Below are positions 22,714 to 32,423 of a stretch of 64,000 nucleotides of DNA, piece after piece (the stretch's first letter is position 1; every line of letters begins with the position of its first letter). Below the pieces are notes generated by a model that saw only the letters and a program-made list of their open reading frames with translations, ran no database searches and was not told where the DNA came from. The position numbers and the translations under genes were made by a program. Origin of the DNA: Nitrospiraceae bacterium (GTDB lineage Bacteria; Nitrospirota; Nitrospiria; Nitrospirales; Nitrospiraceae); contig JBDZVU010000005.1 in NCBI GenBank assembly GCA_040255845.1, positions 9,301 to 73,300 on the forward strand. The letters are read 5' to 3'.

Positions 22714-23358
22714 ATGCCTGATTCCAATCCTGTCGTTCCACCCACCGCCGCACCACGGCCCGCGAGTGGTTCCCGCACCCTCATTTTGGCTGCCGCGGCT
22801 TTGATAGCGATCGCCACCTTCGGCATTGTCTGGCTTCAAAGTGCCAAGTACGAGCCGTTGGCCGTGGGCAAAGAGGCGCCCGATTTTGCGCTGACCGACC
22901 TCAATGACAAGCCGCACCGGCTGTCGGACTTTCGGGGCAAAGTGGTGTTCTTAAACTTCTGGGCCACCTGGTGCGCGCCGTGCCGCGAGGAAATGCCGTC
23001 CATGGAGGTGTTGCATAAGAACTTTGAAAAAGACGGGTTGGTCATCCTGGCGGTGAGCATCGACCGCGTCACGACCGCGAAGGATATTCCGCCGTTCGTC
23101 AAAGGCATGAACCTCACCTTCCCCGTTTTGATCGATTCCTGGGGGAAGACGGACAAGCCCTACAAGCGAATGGGCGTCCCCGAAACGTTCATCATCGATC
23201 AACAGGGCATCATCCGCGAGATCATCATCGGTCCACGAGATTGGACGAGGTTGGATAACCTCACAACCCTGACGTCACTGCTGAAGGTGACCCCCAAGAC
23301 CGTGTCACCCGCCGGCGCGGCTGCCGCTGGTCACGATAAATCGGAGGACCGGTCGTGA
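22714..23358 (+). CDS. Membrane-anchored TlpA/ResA-like thiol:disulfide oxidoreductase
   Basis: Thioredoxin fold with FWATWCAPC. N-terminal TM anchor. Confidence 0.8.
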   Translation: MPDSNPVVPPTAAPRPASGSRTLILAAAALIAIATFGIVWLQSAKYEPLAVGKEAPDFALTDLNDKPHRLSDFRGKVVFLNFWATWCAPCREEMPSMEVLHKNFEKDGLVILAVSIDRVTTAKDIPPFVKGMNLTFPVLIDSWGKTDKPYKRMGVPETFIIDQQGIIREIIIGPRDWTRLDNLTTLTSLLKVTPKTVSPAGAAAAGHDKSEDRS

Positions 23359-23915
23359 GCGCGGCGGGATGGATGGTGCTCGGTGGAATGCTGCTGATGC
23401 CGGCGGCCATGCCGGTGGATGCGGGCCTCAGCGGGAACCCGCTGGCTCAGGCCGTTCCTGCGGCCGAACGCGGGATCGTCAAGGTCGGCGATGAAGCGCC
23501 CAACTTTCAGTTGCGCGACCTGAACGGCAATCTGGTGAGTCTGTCCCAGTTGCGGGGCAAGGTGGTGCTCTTGAACTTCTGGGCCACCTGGTGTGGTCCG
23601 TGCCGAGTCGAAATGCCGGCGATGGAGCAGTTGTACCGGACGTTCCCGAGGAAAGAATTCGAGATCCTCGCCGTGTCCACCGACCCGCAAGGAGCTGTCG
23701 TCACGAGGCCGTTTCAACAGGAAATGGGCTTCACCTTTCCCATTTTGCATGACTCCGAATACCGCGTTGGGCTGACGTACGGCGCCAGGACGCTGCCCAT
23801 GACGTTCATGGTGGACCGCCAAGGCGTGATCCGCCAGAAAATCTTCGGGGCCAGGGACTGGGCATCAACGGAAGCTCGCGAGCTGGTCCATATGCTGGTG
23901 AAAGGTGCCTCATGA
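23355..23915 (+). CDS. Second TlpA/ResA-like thiol:disulfide oxidoreductase (secreted)
   Basis: FWATWCGPC. Signal peptide. GTGA start/stop overlap with the preceding paralog. Confidence 0.8.
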   Translation: MSAAGWMVLGGMLLMPAAMPVDAGLSGNPLAQAVPAAERGIVKVGDEAPNFQLRDLNGNLVSLSQLRGKVVLLNFWATWCGPCRVEMPAMEQLYRTFPRKEFEILAVSTDPQGAVVTRPFQQEMGFTFPILHDSEYRVGLTYGARTLPMTFMVDRQGVIRQKIFGARDWASTEARELVHMLVKGAS

Positions 23916-24658
23916 CGCAATCCCTTCCGCAGATCTCCTTGATTGCGGCGTTCTCGGCGGGCTTGCTCTCCTTCGTGTCCCCGTGCGTGCTCCCGCTCGT
24001 GCCGTCGTACATTTCCTATATCACCGGGCTCTCGGTCGAACAGCTGACCGACGCCGGTGAGCGTAGCAAGTTCAAGAAGGCCATCGTCGTCAACGCCCTG
24101 TTGTTCATTGCCGGGTTCTCTTCTGTATTCGTCGCGTTCGGGGCGTCGGCCAGCTTCCTGGGTCAGCTGCTGATCACCTATCAGGACCATATTCGGCGTA
24201 TCGGCGGCATTCTCATCATCATCTTCGGGCTCTACCTTCTGGGCATCCTCAACCTCAATTTTCTCAAAATGGAGCACCGGTATCAGTTTCGCAACAGGCC
24301 AGCGGGGTATGTCGGCTCGTTTTTGGTCGGCGTGGCGTTCGCCGCAGGCTGGACCCCCTGCGTCGGCCCTGTACTGGGATCCATCTTGCTGTATGCCAGC
24401 ACCACGGAATCCCTGATGAGTGGCGTGGTGCTGCTCTCCTCCTATTCCTTAGGCTTGGGACTGCCCCTGTTCCTCACGGCGCTCGGCGTGGACCGCTTCT
24501 TAGCTTATTTCAAGGAAGTGCGCGCTTATTTGTGGGGAGTGTCGACTGTGAGCGGGGTGTTACTGCTCGTCGTCGGGGTGATGATCTACGCCAACTCGCT
24601 CACGATGATCACCAGCTTTCTCGAGCGGTACGGGATCGGCTGGTACCTCGGGCAGTAG
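23912..24658 (+). CDS. ccdA: Cytochrome c-type biogenesis protein CcdA (DsbD-like transmembrane reductant transfer)
   Basis: Conserved Cys motifs FVSPCVLPLVP and GWTPCVGPVLG. ATGA overlap with the upstream gene. Confidence 0.85.
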   Translation: MTQSLPQISLIAAFSAGLLSFVSPCVLPLVPSYISYITGLSVEQLTDAGERSKFKKAIVVNALLFIAGFSSVFVAFGASASFLGQLLITYQDHIRRIGGILIIIFGLYLLGILNLNFLKMEHRYQFRNRPAGYVGSFLVGVAFAAGWTPCVGPVLGSILLYASTTESLMSGVVLLSSYSLGLGLPLFLTALGVDRFLAYFKEVRAYLWGVSTVSGVLLLVVGVMIYANSLTMITSFLERYGIGWYLGQ

Positions 24659-24782
24659 CAACGCCTGAAAAAGGCATTCACATCGGTCTTCCAGGCTCGG
24701 CGCAACGGAATCCGGGACCGAGGTGTACGGGCGGTTGGGAGACGAGGAGAGAACGACGCGAGCGATCGGAGTGAATGGCCCG

Positions 24783-25718
24783 CTAGCACCAGGCGCCGAT
24801 GCGGCACGGAATGAAGGATTGACCCAGGGCATTGGCCGACGGCAGGCGCAACGTGCCGCTAGCAGAGGGTGTCGGCAGGTCGGGCAACGATTGACCGTTG
24901 GCAGAACCGGCTGCCGAGCCGGTGTCGGAAACGGCCGCGGCCGACTCCGATTGCTTGGCAACCATGACGCCTTTCTGCGGGCCGCCCAGCTTGGCCAGCA
25001 GGCGCTTCCCATCGCCGGCCACACTGCTGTTGGGGTACCGTTCCGCCAGCAGCACTAAGTTTTCCCTCGCCCAATCGTCAGCCCCCATCTCATGATAGCT
25101 CTTGGCCAGGAAGTATAACGCATCAGGCGCGACTGGTTTGTCCGGATAGAGCTTCATGATCTGCTCGAACCGATGGGCCGCAGCCAAATAGGATCCACGG
25201 CGATAATAGAACTGACCGACAAACAGGTGAGTCTGGGCCAACCAGTCGTGGCATTCCTGGATCTTCTGCTCCGCCTGAGTATCGTAACGACTGCCGGGGA
25301 AATCTTTGCGCATCCGCTCCAAGGCTGCGATGGCGCGGTGCATAGGTTCCGGGTCTCGATCGATACCCTTGGCCATTCGAAAATGCGTTTCTCCGATTCG
25401 AAAGGCGGCATACGGCGCAAGTACGTGCGAACGGTGGAGGTCGAGGAAATGGTTATACTCCACGAGGGCTTCCGCATATTCTTCCTTCTCGAAGAAGGCC
25501 TCGCCCCGCTTCATGATCACATTCGGGTCATAATTCTTTTCAATCGTATCGCCGAGGAAGATCTGCTCGTCCGTCCCGCTCACGGTCTTCGTGGCCCCGG
25601 ACTCGCCCTTCGGTGTACTGGAGCAGGCCCCCAACACCATCGTGGCGGCGACGGCTACGATCAGGAGACGAGACGGCCGGAAACCCAACGCCGATGCTGC
25701 TGAAACACAGGTGCGCAT
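24783..25718 (-). CDS. bamD: TPR lipoprotein, BamD/YfiO-like outer membrane assembly factor, with a low-complexity C-terminal tail
   Basis: Lipobox MVLGAC. TPR-like helices (YAEALVEYNHFLDLH..., YYRRGSYLAAAHRFEQIMKLYP). About 70-aa Ser/Ala/Gly-rich tail. Confidence 0.6.
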   Translation of the reverse strand: MRTCVSAASALGFRPSRLLIVAVAATMVLGACSSTPKGESGATKTVSGTDEQIFLGDTIEKNYDPNVIMKRGEAFFEKEEYAEALVEYNHFLDLHRSHVLAPYAAFRIGETHFRMAKGIDRDPEPMHRAIAALERMRKDFPGSRYDTQAEQKIQECHDWLAQTHLFVGQFYYRRGSYLAAAHRFEQIMKLYPDKPVAPDALYFLAKSYHEMGADDWARENLVLLAERYPNSSVAGDGKRLLAKLGGPQKGVMVAKQSESAAAVSDTGSAAGSANGQSLPDLPTPSASGTLRLPSANALGQSFIPCRIGAWC

Positions 25719-25770
25719 GTGCCATTGATAGCAAGATCGTCCCTTAAAAGCAACGCAGACAACACTTTAG

Positions 25771-25800
25771 TTGACCCGCCTGCAGCCCCGTCCCTATAAT
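25771..25800 (+). promoter_or_regulatory. Candidate sigma70 promoter of fabH
   Basis: TTGACC (25771-25776), 18 nt, consensus TATAAT (25795-25800). Confidence 0.6.
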
Positions 25801-25843
25801 TCCCCCGCACCAACTCGTCCTCGGCACTCCCCTTTGGCGTCGC

Positions 25844-26836
25844 ATGATACAGAGCAGGATCGTCGGCACAGGCAGCTATCTCCCGGAACGTGTGGTTTCC
25901 AATGAGGAACTGGCCGGCCCCCTGGGGATCGATCCTGAGCACGTCTATCGATTGACCGGGATTCGAGAGCGGCGTTGGGCGGCCTCCGGAGAGGCGGCCT
26001 CCGATTTGGCGACGATGGCCGGAAGGAGGGCATTGGAGATGGCCCGGCTTCAGCCTTCCGCGATCGATGCGATCATCCTCTCAAGCACTTCCCCCGACAT
26101 GAGTTTCCCTTCCACCGCCTGTCTGGTCCAGAGAAACTTGGGCTGCGCCCGCGTCGGAGCCTTCGACGTCGCAGCGTCCTGCTCGGGATTCCTGTATGCC
26201 CTCTCCATGGCGGATGCCATGATTCGAAGTGGTCAGGCTCGGACCTGTCTGGTCGCGGCCGCCGAGGTGAAATCCCGATTCCTGGACCGGCGCGACGAAG
26301 CGACGGCGGTGTTATTCGGTGACGGAGCCGCGGCTGCGGTGGTGCATGCTGAACCGCGCGAGTCCCCTCAGGCCTCCGGCGTGCTAGGCATCCGCCTGTA
26401 CGCCGACGGATCACAGCATGCCCTCATACATGTGCCGGCCGGCGGCTCCCGCCGTCCCGCGTCCGGCGAGACGCTTTCGGCGGGCCAACACACGCTTCGG
26501 TTGCAAGGGGCTCCCCTATTTCGTGCGGCAGTCCGGCGGATTGAGCGGGCCGTGCGTGATGTGCTCAAGGAGTTTGGCGTGCGAATCGAGGAGCTCGGGC
26601 AGGTCGTGTTCCATCAGGCCAACGGCCGTATTCTGGCGCAGGTCGCCGAGCGGCTCGGCGTCCCGGCGCAGCGGCTTGCTTCGGTCATCGAGCGCTACGG
26701 GAATACGTCCTCCGCGTCGCTGCCGATTGCTCTGGATGCGGCAGCCCGGGAAGGCAGAATTACTTCCGGAGATTTGGTGCTCCTCGGGTCGTTCGGAGGA
26801 GGGCTGACCTGGGGTGCGGGGCTGCTGCGATGGTAG
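25844..26836 (+). CDS. fabH: 3-oxoacyl-ACP synthase III
   Basis: Catalytic triad contexts AASCSGF, FHQANGRI and YGNTSSAS. 330 aa. Confidence 0.88.
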   Translation: MIQSRIVGTGSYLPERVVSNEELAGPLGIDPEHVYRLTGIRERRWAASGEAASDLATMAGRRALEMARLQPSAIDAIILSSTSPDMSFPSTACLVQRNLGCARVGAFDVAASCSGFLYALSMADAMIRSGQARTCLVAAAEVKSRFLDRRDEATAVLFGDGAAAAVVHAEPRESPQASGVLGIRLYADGSQHALIHVPAGGSRRPASGETLSAGQHTLRLQGAPLFRAAVRRIERAVRDVLKEFGVRIEELGQVVFHQANGRILAQVAERLGVPAQRLASVIERYGNTSSASLPIALDAAAREGRITSGDLVLLGSFGGGLTWGAGLLRW

Positions 26837-26844
26837 CGAGCAGG

Positions 26845-26873
26845 TTGTAACGCGGCTGTAACATGCCTGTGCA
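26845..26873 (+). promoter_or_regulatory. Pho-box-like element: three 7-bp direct repeats at 11-bp phasing
   Basis: TTGTAAC (26845-26851) gcgg CTGTAAC (26856-26862) atgc CTGTGCA (26867-26873). Lies 37 nt upstream of the DUF47-pit start. The PhoR/PhoB pair is encoded next to it. Confidence 0.5.
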
Positions 26874-26909
26874 AGAAGAGGGCCCATTCACTAGGAAGGA
26901 GTCGCGATC

Positions 26910-27530
26910 GTGATGTTCGGCTTGATTCCGAAAGAAGAGGCGTTCTTCGATCTGTTCAAAAAGGCGGCCCACAATATGATCGAAGGCAGCCGCCTGCTGA
27001 AGGACATGCTGGAGGACTTTCACGACACCGCCGGCAAGGCCAAGCGGATCAAGGAAGTCGAGCATATCGGGGATGGCATCACGCACGATATTGCGACACG
27101 GTTGAACCAGACGTTCATCACGCCGATCGATCGCGAAGACATCCATGATCTGGCCAGTGCGTTGGACGACATTCTGGACGCCGTGGAAGACGTGGCGGAT
27201 CGGTTCGTGACCTACAAGATCGGCCGTCCGACCGAAGCGGCCATCCGGCTGGCCGACATTCTGTATCGCGCCTCGGTAGCGGTCGGCTTCGCAGTCGACC
27301 GCGTCGGCTCGTCCCATGCGCAAGTGAATGAATTCGCGGTCGAGGTCAACAGCCTTGAAAATGAAGCGGACCGGGTGTCGCGCGATGCGATCTCCGACCT
27401 GTTCGAGCGGGAGACCGATCCGATTGCCGTCATCAAATGGAAGGAAATTTACGAAAACTTGGAGGCGGGGACGGATCGGTGCGAAGACGTGGCCAACATC
27501 CTGGAACGTATCACCCTCAAGCACCACTGA
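26910..27530 (+). CDS. DUF47 / PhoU-like phosphate transport regulator (Pit accessory protein)
   Basis: Helical DUF47 pattern (KRIKEVEHIGDGITHDI..., LENEADRVSRDAI). Immediately upstream of pit. Confidence 0.75.
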   Translation: MMFGLIPKEEAFFDLFKKAAHNMIEGSRLLKDMLEDFHDTAGKAKRIKEVEHIGDGITHDIATRLNQTFITPIDREDIHDLASALDDILDAVEDVADRFVTYKIGRPTEAAIRLADILYRASVAVGFAVDRVGSSHAQVNEFAVEVNSLENEADRVSRDAISDLFERETDPIAVIKWKEIYENLEAGTDRCEDVANILERITLKHH

Positions 27531-27572
27531 TGCCGTTGCGGAGCCTTCCCTTCAAAACCGCCCTCGCCAAGC

Positions 27573-28565
27573 ATGCATGATCTGAGCGGATTGCTTCTCC
27601 TGACCGTCGCCCTCGCTCTGCTGTTCGATTTTTCCAACGGCTGGCACGACTGCGCCAATGCGGTCGCCACAGTGGTATCGACCCGGGTGCTCAGCCCCTT
27701 GGCAGCGGTGCTCCTCGCCGGCGTGCTGAATGTGGCGGGGGCCTTCTTCTCGACCGCCGTGGCGAAGATGATCGGCGGGGGGATTGTGTTCCCTGATGCG
27801 GTCACGAACGCCGTCGTGGCGTCCGCGTTGGCGGGCGCCATCCTGTGGAACCTGTTCACGCTCATACTTGGCTTGCCGACCAGTTCGTCGCACGCCTTGA
27901 TCGGCGGGTTGGTCGGCGCGGCCGTGGCGCATGGCGGGTGGGCGGTGGTTCAGTTCAAGGGGTTGCGGGCGATTCTTGAGGCCATGGTGCTGTCGCCGCT
28001 GTTTGGCTTTGGAGTCGGCTTCCTGGTGATGGTGGCGATCAGCTGGGCCTTCTTCCGCGTCACCCGGGGAATAGCCACGAAAATCTTCAGCCGGCTGCAA
28101 CTCGTCTCCGCGAGTTTCATGGCCTTCAGCCACGGCGCAAACGACGCGCAAAAGGCCATGGGCATCATCACGCTGGCCCTCGTCTCCTCCGGTCAGCTCT
28201 CCTCGACCGAGGTGCCGACGTGGGTGATCGTGTCTTGCGCCCTGGCCATGGGGCTGGGGACGGTGGTCGGCGGCTGGCGCATCATGCGCACGCTGGGGAT
28301 GCGCATCGTCAAACTCGAACCGGTGCACGGGTTCGCTGCGGAAACCGGAGCGGCATCCGTGCTGCTATTCACCGCGCACTTCGGGCTTCCTGTCAGCACG
28401 ACCCATACCATTACGTCTTCTATTCTGGGCGTCGGTGCGACCAACCGGCTTTCCGCCGTACGATGGGGCGTCACCACGAAAATTCTGTCGGCCTGGATCT
28501 TCACGTTTCCGGGGGCAGGATTGCTGGGGGGCGCGGCGTATGCCGTGCTCTCGCTGTTCGAGTAG
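27573..28565 (+). CDS. pit: Inorganic phosphate transporter, PiT family
   Basis: PHO4 signatures GWHDCANAVATVV and FSHGANDAQKAMGII. Polytopic. Confidence 0.88.
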   Translation: MHDLSGLLLLTVALALLFDFSNGWHDCANAVATVVSTRVLSPLAAVLLAGVLNVAGAFFSTAVAKMIGGGIVFPDAVTNAVVASALAGAILWNLFTLILGLPTSSSHALIGGLVGAAVAHGGWAVVQFKGLRAILEAMVLSPLFGFGVGFLVMVAISWAFFRVTRGIATKIFSRLQLVSASFMAFSHGANDAQKAMGIITLALVSSGQLSSTEVPTWVIVSCALAMGLGTVVGGWRIMRTLGMRIVKLEPVHGFAAETGAASVLLFTAHFGLPVSTTHTITSSILGVGATNRLSAVRWGVTTKILSAWIFTFPGAGLLGGAAYAVLSLFE

Positions 28566-28576
28566 GGCAGCGTCTG

Positions 28577-30454
28577 CTATTCGCGAAGCGGCAAGCGCAC
28601 CACGAATCGGCTGCCGGTCGGCACGTTCCCCTCGACCCACACCTGCCCGCCATGTCCTTCCACGATGTGTTTGACGATGGCCAGCCCCAGGCCGGTGCCC
28701 CCAAGCTCCCGTGAACGGGCTTTATCCACCCGGTAGAAGCGCTCGAAGACCCGAGGGCGGTCCGGCTCGGGAATGCCGATCCCCGTGTCGGTGACGGTGA
28801 GCTCCAGCGTGGGTCCGCCCGCAAACAGACTCTTGTCGGCAGGTAGACGGCGAGCCGCGACGGTGATGGTGCCCTGCTCCGGCGTATATTTGACCGCGTT
28901 GTCGAGGAGGTTGGTGAGGACTTGGACCAGGCGGTCTTCATCGCCCGCCAGCCGCGGAAGCGGCTCCTCAAGATGCGTGAGGAGGCGATGCCCTTTTTTG
29001 TCCGCCAGGGGCTTGATCATCGACAGCGTGCGGTCGATGACGGCGCGAAGGTCCATGTGCTCCTGTTTGAAGCTGACGCGGCCGGATTCGATCTTTGACA
29101 GCTCCAAGAGATCTTCGATGATCAAGTTGAGTCGATTGCTTTGGGCCAGGATGATGCGCAGAAATTTCTCGGCGTCGGTCGGATCGTCCTTGGCGCCGTC
29201 GAGGAGCGCTTCGACATAGCCTTTGATGGAGGTCAACGGCGTTCGCAGTTCGTGCGAGACGTTGGCGACGAAATCTTTTCGGATTTTCTCCAGGCGCCGC
29301 AACTCGGTGATGTCGTGAAAGACCAGCACGGCGCATGCTTCGTTCTCCCGCTCACCGCCCGCCACGGACGCTTCCACATGCAGGCACCGTCCGGTCGACG
29401 GCAGGACGATCTCATTCTCGCGGTTGGCGCGTGTTGCGAGCACGCCCGACACCAGTTCGTTCAGCTGCCGATGCGGAAACACTTCGGCGCAGGCTCGGCC
29501 CCGGGCTTCCTCGCGGGAGATGCCGAACATCTTCTCCGACGCGGGGTTCACCTGAAGCACGTGACCCCGATAATCCAGGACGATCACGCCCTCGACCATG
29601 GACGTCAGCATGGCGAGGAGCTGCGCGCGATCCTCTGAGAGCTCGGCGATCTTCGCGTGCAGTTGCTCCGCCATATGGTTCAGCGTGTGGGCCAGCAGGC
29701 CGACTTCGTCGTGCGAGGTCGTGTGGATGGGGACCGGCTGGCTGCCGGCCGCCAGCCGCTGCGCTGCGGCCGCGATGTCGCTCAACGGCCGAGTGACGCT
29801 GCGCGACAGCCAGAGACTCAATCCGACGGCGAGGGCGAAGGCGGCTCCGAAGGCCAGCAGGAGTTGCCGCTGCAGCGTGGCGATCTCCTGATCGAGAATG
29901 ACCATCGGCAGCCCGACGCGCACGAAGATCGGCGCGGCCCCAGGCCGAGGCATGGCGACGGCGCGGTACATGGTGCGCTCGCCGGTCGTCTGGCTGGCGC
30001 GGATATCCTGGCCGGTGCCGGACGACTGCGCCTGCTGGATTTCTGGTCGGGACAGATGGTTTTCGACCGCCGCAAGATCGCGTTCTTGGACGGCGCTGTC
30101 AGCCAGGACCGTGCCATCGGCGCCGATCAGGGTGACGCGGGTGGCGGATCGGCCGCTCAATTCACGAACCACTCGGGACAGCGTCGACGACGAGGGCCAG
30201 GCGGAAGAGTCCTCGAACAGCGGGCGAACGCTGTATTCGACCAGCTGGGTGTTTGCCTGGAGCGCGTTGGAGAGCTGTGCGATTTCCTGCTGCTCGATCG
30301 ATCGGACGGTCAGCATCCCGGCGGTCACCAGACCACAGGCCACGGCCGACAGCGTGGCGAGGGTCACCTTCCAGCGGATCGATCGGGTCATGGCCAGAGG
30401 GAACGACGACGCGCGGCGCGGGAAGGGACCGGCCCGTCCTGCGTCATGCCTCAC
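28577..30454 (-). CDS. phoR: Sensor histidine kinase, PhoR-like (TM-sensor-HAMP-PAS-HisKA-HATPase)
   Basis: H-box SHELRTPLTSIKGY. N, G1 and G2 boxes (NLLDNAVKYT, DTGIGI, GGTGLGLAIV). The GTG start overlaps the phoB stop; alternative ATG at 30391. Confidence 0.75.
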   Translation of the reverse strand: MRHDAGRAGPFPRRASSFPLAMTRSIRWKVTLATLSAVACGLVTAGMLTVRSIEQQEIAQLSNALQANTQLVEYSVRPLFEDSSAWPSSSTLSRVVRELSGRSATRVTLIGADGTVLADSAVQERDLAAVENHLSRPEIQQAQSSGTGQDIRASQTTGERTMYRAVAMPRPGAAPIFVRVGLPMVILDQEIATLQRQLLLAFGAAFALAVGLSLWLSRSVTRPLSDIAAAAQRLAAGSQPVPIHTTSHDEVGLLAHTLNHMAEQLHAKIAELSEDRAQLLAMLTSMVEGVIVLDYRGHVLQVNPASEKMFGISREEARGRACAEVFPHRQLNELVSGVLATRANRENEIVLPSTGRCLHVEASVAGGERENEACAVLVFHDITELRRLEKIRKDFVANVSHELRTPLTSIKGYVEALLDGAKDDPTDAEKFLRIILAQSNRLNLIIEDLLELSKIESGRVSFKQEHMDLRAVIDRTLSMIKPLADKKGHRLLTHLEEPLPRLAGDEDRLVQVLTNLLDNAVKYTPEQGTITVAARRLPADKSLFAGGPTLELTVTDTGIGIPEPDRPRVFERFYRVDKARSRELGGTGLGLAIVKHIVEGHGGQVWVEGNVPTGSRFVVRLPLRE

Positions 30455-31154
30455 CCGCCGGGTCTCGGAGTTTGTAGCCGAGGGATTTGACGGAGACGAT
30501 CGCGTCTTCCAGGAGCGGCACTTTTTGCTTCAACCGGCGGATGTGCACGTCCACGGTCCGGGTCGTTCCGTAGTAGTCATAGCCCCACACCGCGTTGAGC
30601 AGAACTTCCCGCGTCAGCACGCGCCCGGGATGTTTGAGCAGATGCTCGAGCAGCCCAAACTCCTTCGCCGTCAGGACCAGTTCCTGCTTCCCCACGCTGA
30701 CTTCGTGCCGCGCGAGGTCCATGGTGAGGGGACCATACTGGTATCGGCCTCCCTCCGCCGCCGGGGTCCGGTCCAGCCGCCGGATGAGCGCTTTCACCCG
30801 GGCCACCAACGCCTTCGGGCTGAACGGCTTGGTGACGTAGTCGTCCGCCCCCAGCTCGAGTCCGATGATGGTGTCGGACTCTTCGGCCTTGGCGGTCAAC
30901 ATGATGATGGGCAGCATGGCGGTATCCGGCTGGGAGCGGAGCTGCTTACACACTTCGAGCCCGTCCAGTTCGGGGAGCATCAGATCCAGCACGAGCAAAT
31001 CGGGTTTTTCCACCTTCACCTGAGCGAGGGCTTCCTTGCCCGTCACGGCCGATACCGTTTTGAAGCCCTCCTTTTCCAGGTATAGTTTGACGAGTTGAAG
31101 GATGTCCTTTTCATCCTCCACGATGAGGATTTTCTTCTGGCTGGAGGCCGACAT
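30444..31154 (-). CDS. phoB: OmpR-family response regulator, PhoB-like
   Basis: Receiver domain KKILIVEDE...DLLVLDLMLPELDG and a winged-helix C-terminus. ATG 31154 is chosen because the ORF-track start at 31193 is a TTG lying inside a TTGACA -35 box. Confidence 0.8.
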   Translation of the reverse strand: MSASSQKKILIVEDEKDILQLVKLYLEKEGFKTVSAVTGKEALAQVKVEKPDLLVLDLMLPELDGLEVCKQLRSQPDTAMLPIIMLTAKAEESDTIIGLELGADDYVTKPFSPKALVARVKALIRRLDRTPAAEGGRYQYGPLTMDLARHEVSVGKQELVLTAKEFGLLEHLLKHPGRVLTREVLLNAVWGYDYYGTTRTVDVHIRRLKQKVPLLEDAIVSVKSLGYKLRDPAGEA

Positions 31155-31227
31155 GGATGGCGCCAGCCTACGGCGGGGGCGGAAACGTGTCAAGCATGCC
31201 GCCGCGCGGGGGCGGCGGCCAATTCTG

Positions 31228-31257
31228 TTGACGAGCCCGGCCGCCCTGACGTAAGGT
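31228..31257 (+). promoter_or_regulatory. Candidate sigma70 promoter of ispH
   Basis: TTGACG (31228-31233), 18 nt, TAAGGT (31252-31257). Confidence 0.3.
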
Positions 31258-31311
31258 GAAACACGGTTCAGAGTCTGACGCCCCTACTCGAGTCAAGGAG
31301 CAACGATACGC

Positions 31312-32268
31312 ATGAAGATCTACCTTGCCAATCCTCGCGGCTTCTGCGCCGGTGTGGACCGCGCGATCGATATCGTCGATTTGTCGCTGAAGAAGTACGG
31401 GGCGCCGATTTACGTGCGTCACGAAATCGTGCACAGCCGGCACGTGGTCAACTCCTTGCGACAAAAGGGGGCCGTGTTCGTGGAGGAATTGAGCGAAGTG
31501 CCGGAAGGGTCGGTGGTGATCTTCAGCGCCCATGGCGTCGCCAAATCGGTCTGGGAGGAAGCCAACCGCCGGCGCCTGCACGTCATCGACGCGACCTGCC
31601 CCCTCGTCATCAAAGTGCACAACGAAGTGAACCGGGATTACAACCAGGGGTACGAGCTGATCTTGATCGGCCATGCCGGGCATCCGGAGGTCATCGGCAC
31701 GCTGGGTCAGATTCCCGACAAGTTCCACCTGGTCTCGTCGGTGGAAGACGTGGAGAAGCTGCACGTCGACAACACGCTCAACCTGTCCTACGTCACCCAA
31801 ACTACCCTGAGCGTCGATGAGTGCCGCGACATCGTGGGTGCGCTGCACCGCCGATTCCCCAACATCAAGGGCCCGCATCAGGAAGACATTTGCTATGCCA
31901 CGCAGAACCGCCAAAACGCGGTGAAAGAATTATCCCGCCTCGTGGACGTGATTCTGGTCATCGGATCGCCGAACAGCTCGAACTCCAACCGGCTGCGTGA
32001 ATTGGGCGAACAGTGCGGGATCCCGTCCTATCTCATCGACTCAGCCAACGACATCAACCCTGCCTGGTTGAAGGACGCCAAAGCCGTCGGCATCGCAGCC
32101 GGGGCTTCTGCGCCCGAAATACTCGTCACGGAGGTCGTCGCCTTCCTCGAAAATTCCGGTCCCTCTGAAGTGGAAGAGCTGACCGTCATTGAAGAGGACG
32201 TCGAATTCCTGCTCCCTAAGGAACTGGTCCAAATCGACTCCCCGGGCAAGGCGCCTAGCCTCGCATAA
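31312..32268 (+). CDS. ispH: 4-hydroxy-3-methylbut-2-enyl diphosphate reductase
   Basis: [19 protein letters not shown]... with the conserved Cys contexts of LytB/IspH. 318 aa. Confidence 0.9.
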   Translation: MKIYLANPRGFCAGVDRAIDIVDLSLKKYGAPIYVRHEIVHSRHVVNSLRQKGAVFVEELSEVPEGSVVIFSAHGVAKSVWEEANRRRLHVIDATCPLVIKVHNEVNRDYNQGYELILIGHAGHPEVIGTLGQIPDKFHLVSSVEDVEKLHVDNTLNLSYVTQTTLSVDECRDIVGALHRRFPNIKGPHQEDICYATQNRQNAVKELSRLVDVILVIGSPNSSNSNRLRELGEQCGIPSYLIDSANDINPAWLKDAKAVGIAAGASAPEILVTEVVAFLENSGPSEVEELTVIEEDVEFLLPKELVQIDSPGKAPSLA

Positions 32269-32423
32269 TGGACGCCTTCACCCCATAGATGTTGTAGGCG
32301 TAATCCTCCACTCCCCCCACAGGCTGTATTTTCTTTTGATTTCGTTCATTCCTTGTGCTACAAGGGCCCAGCCGTTTTCAGCCCCGTGGTTCGTACCGCA
32401 TTCCAAGCCAAGAGGATGGATCT

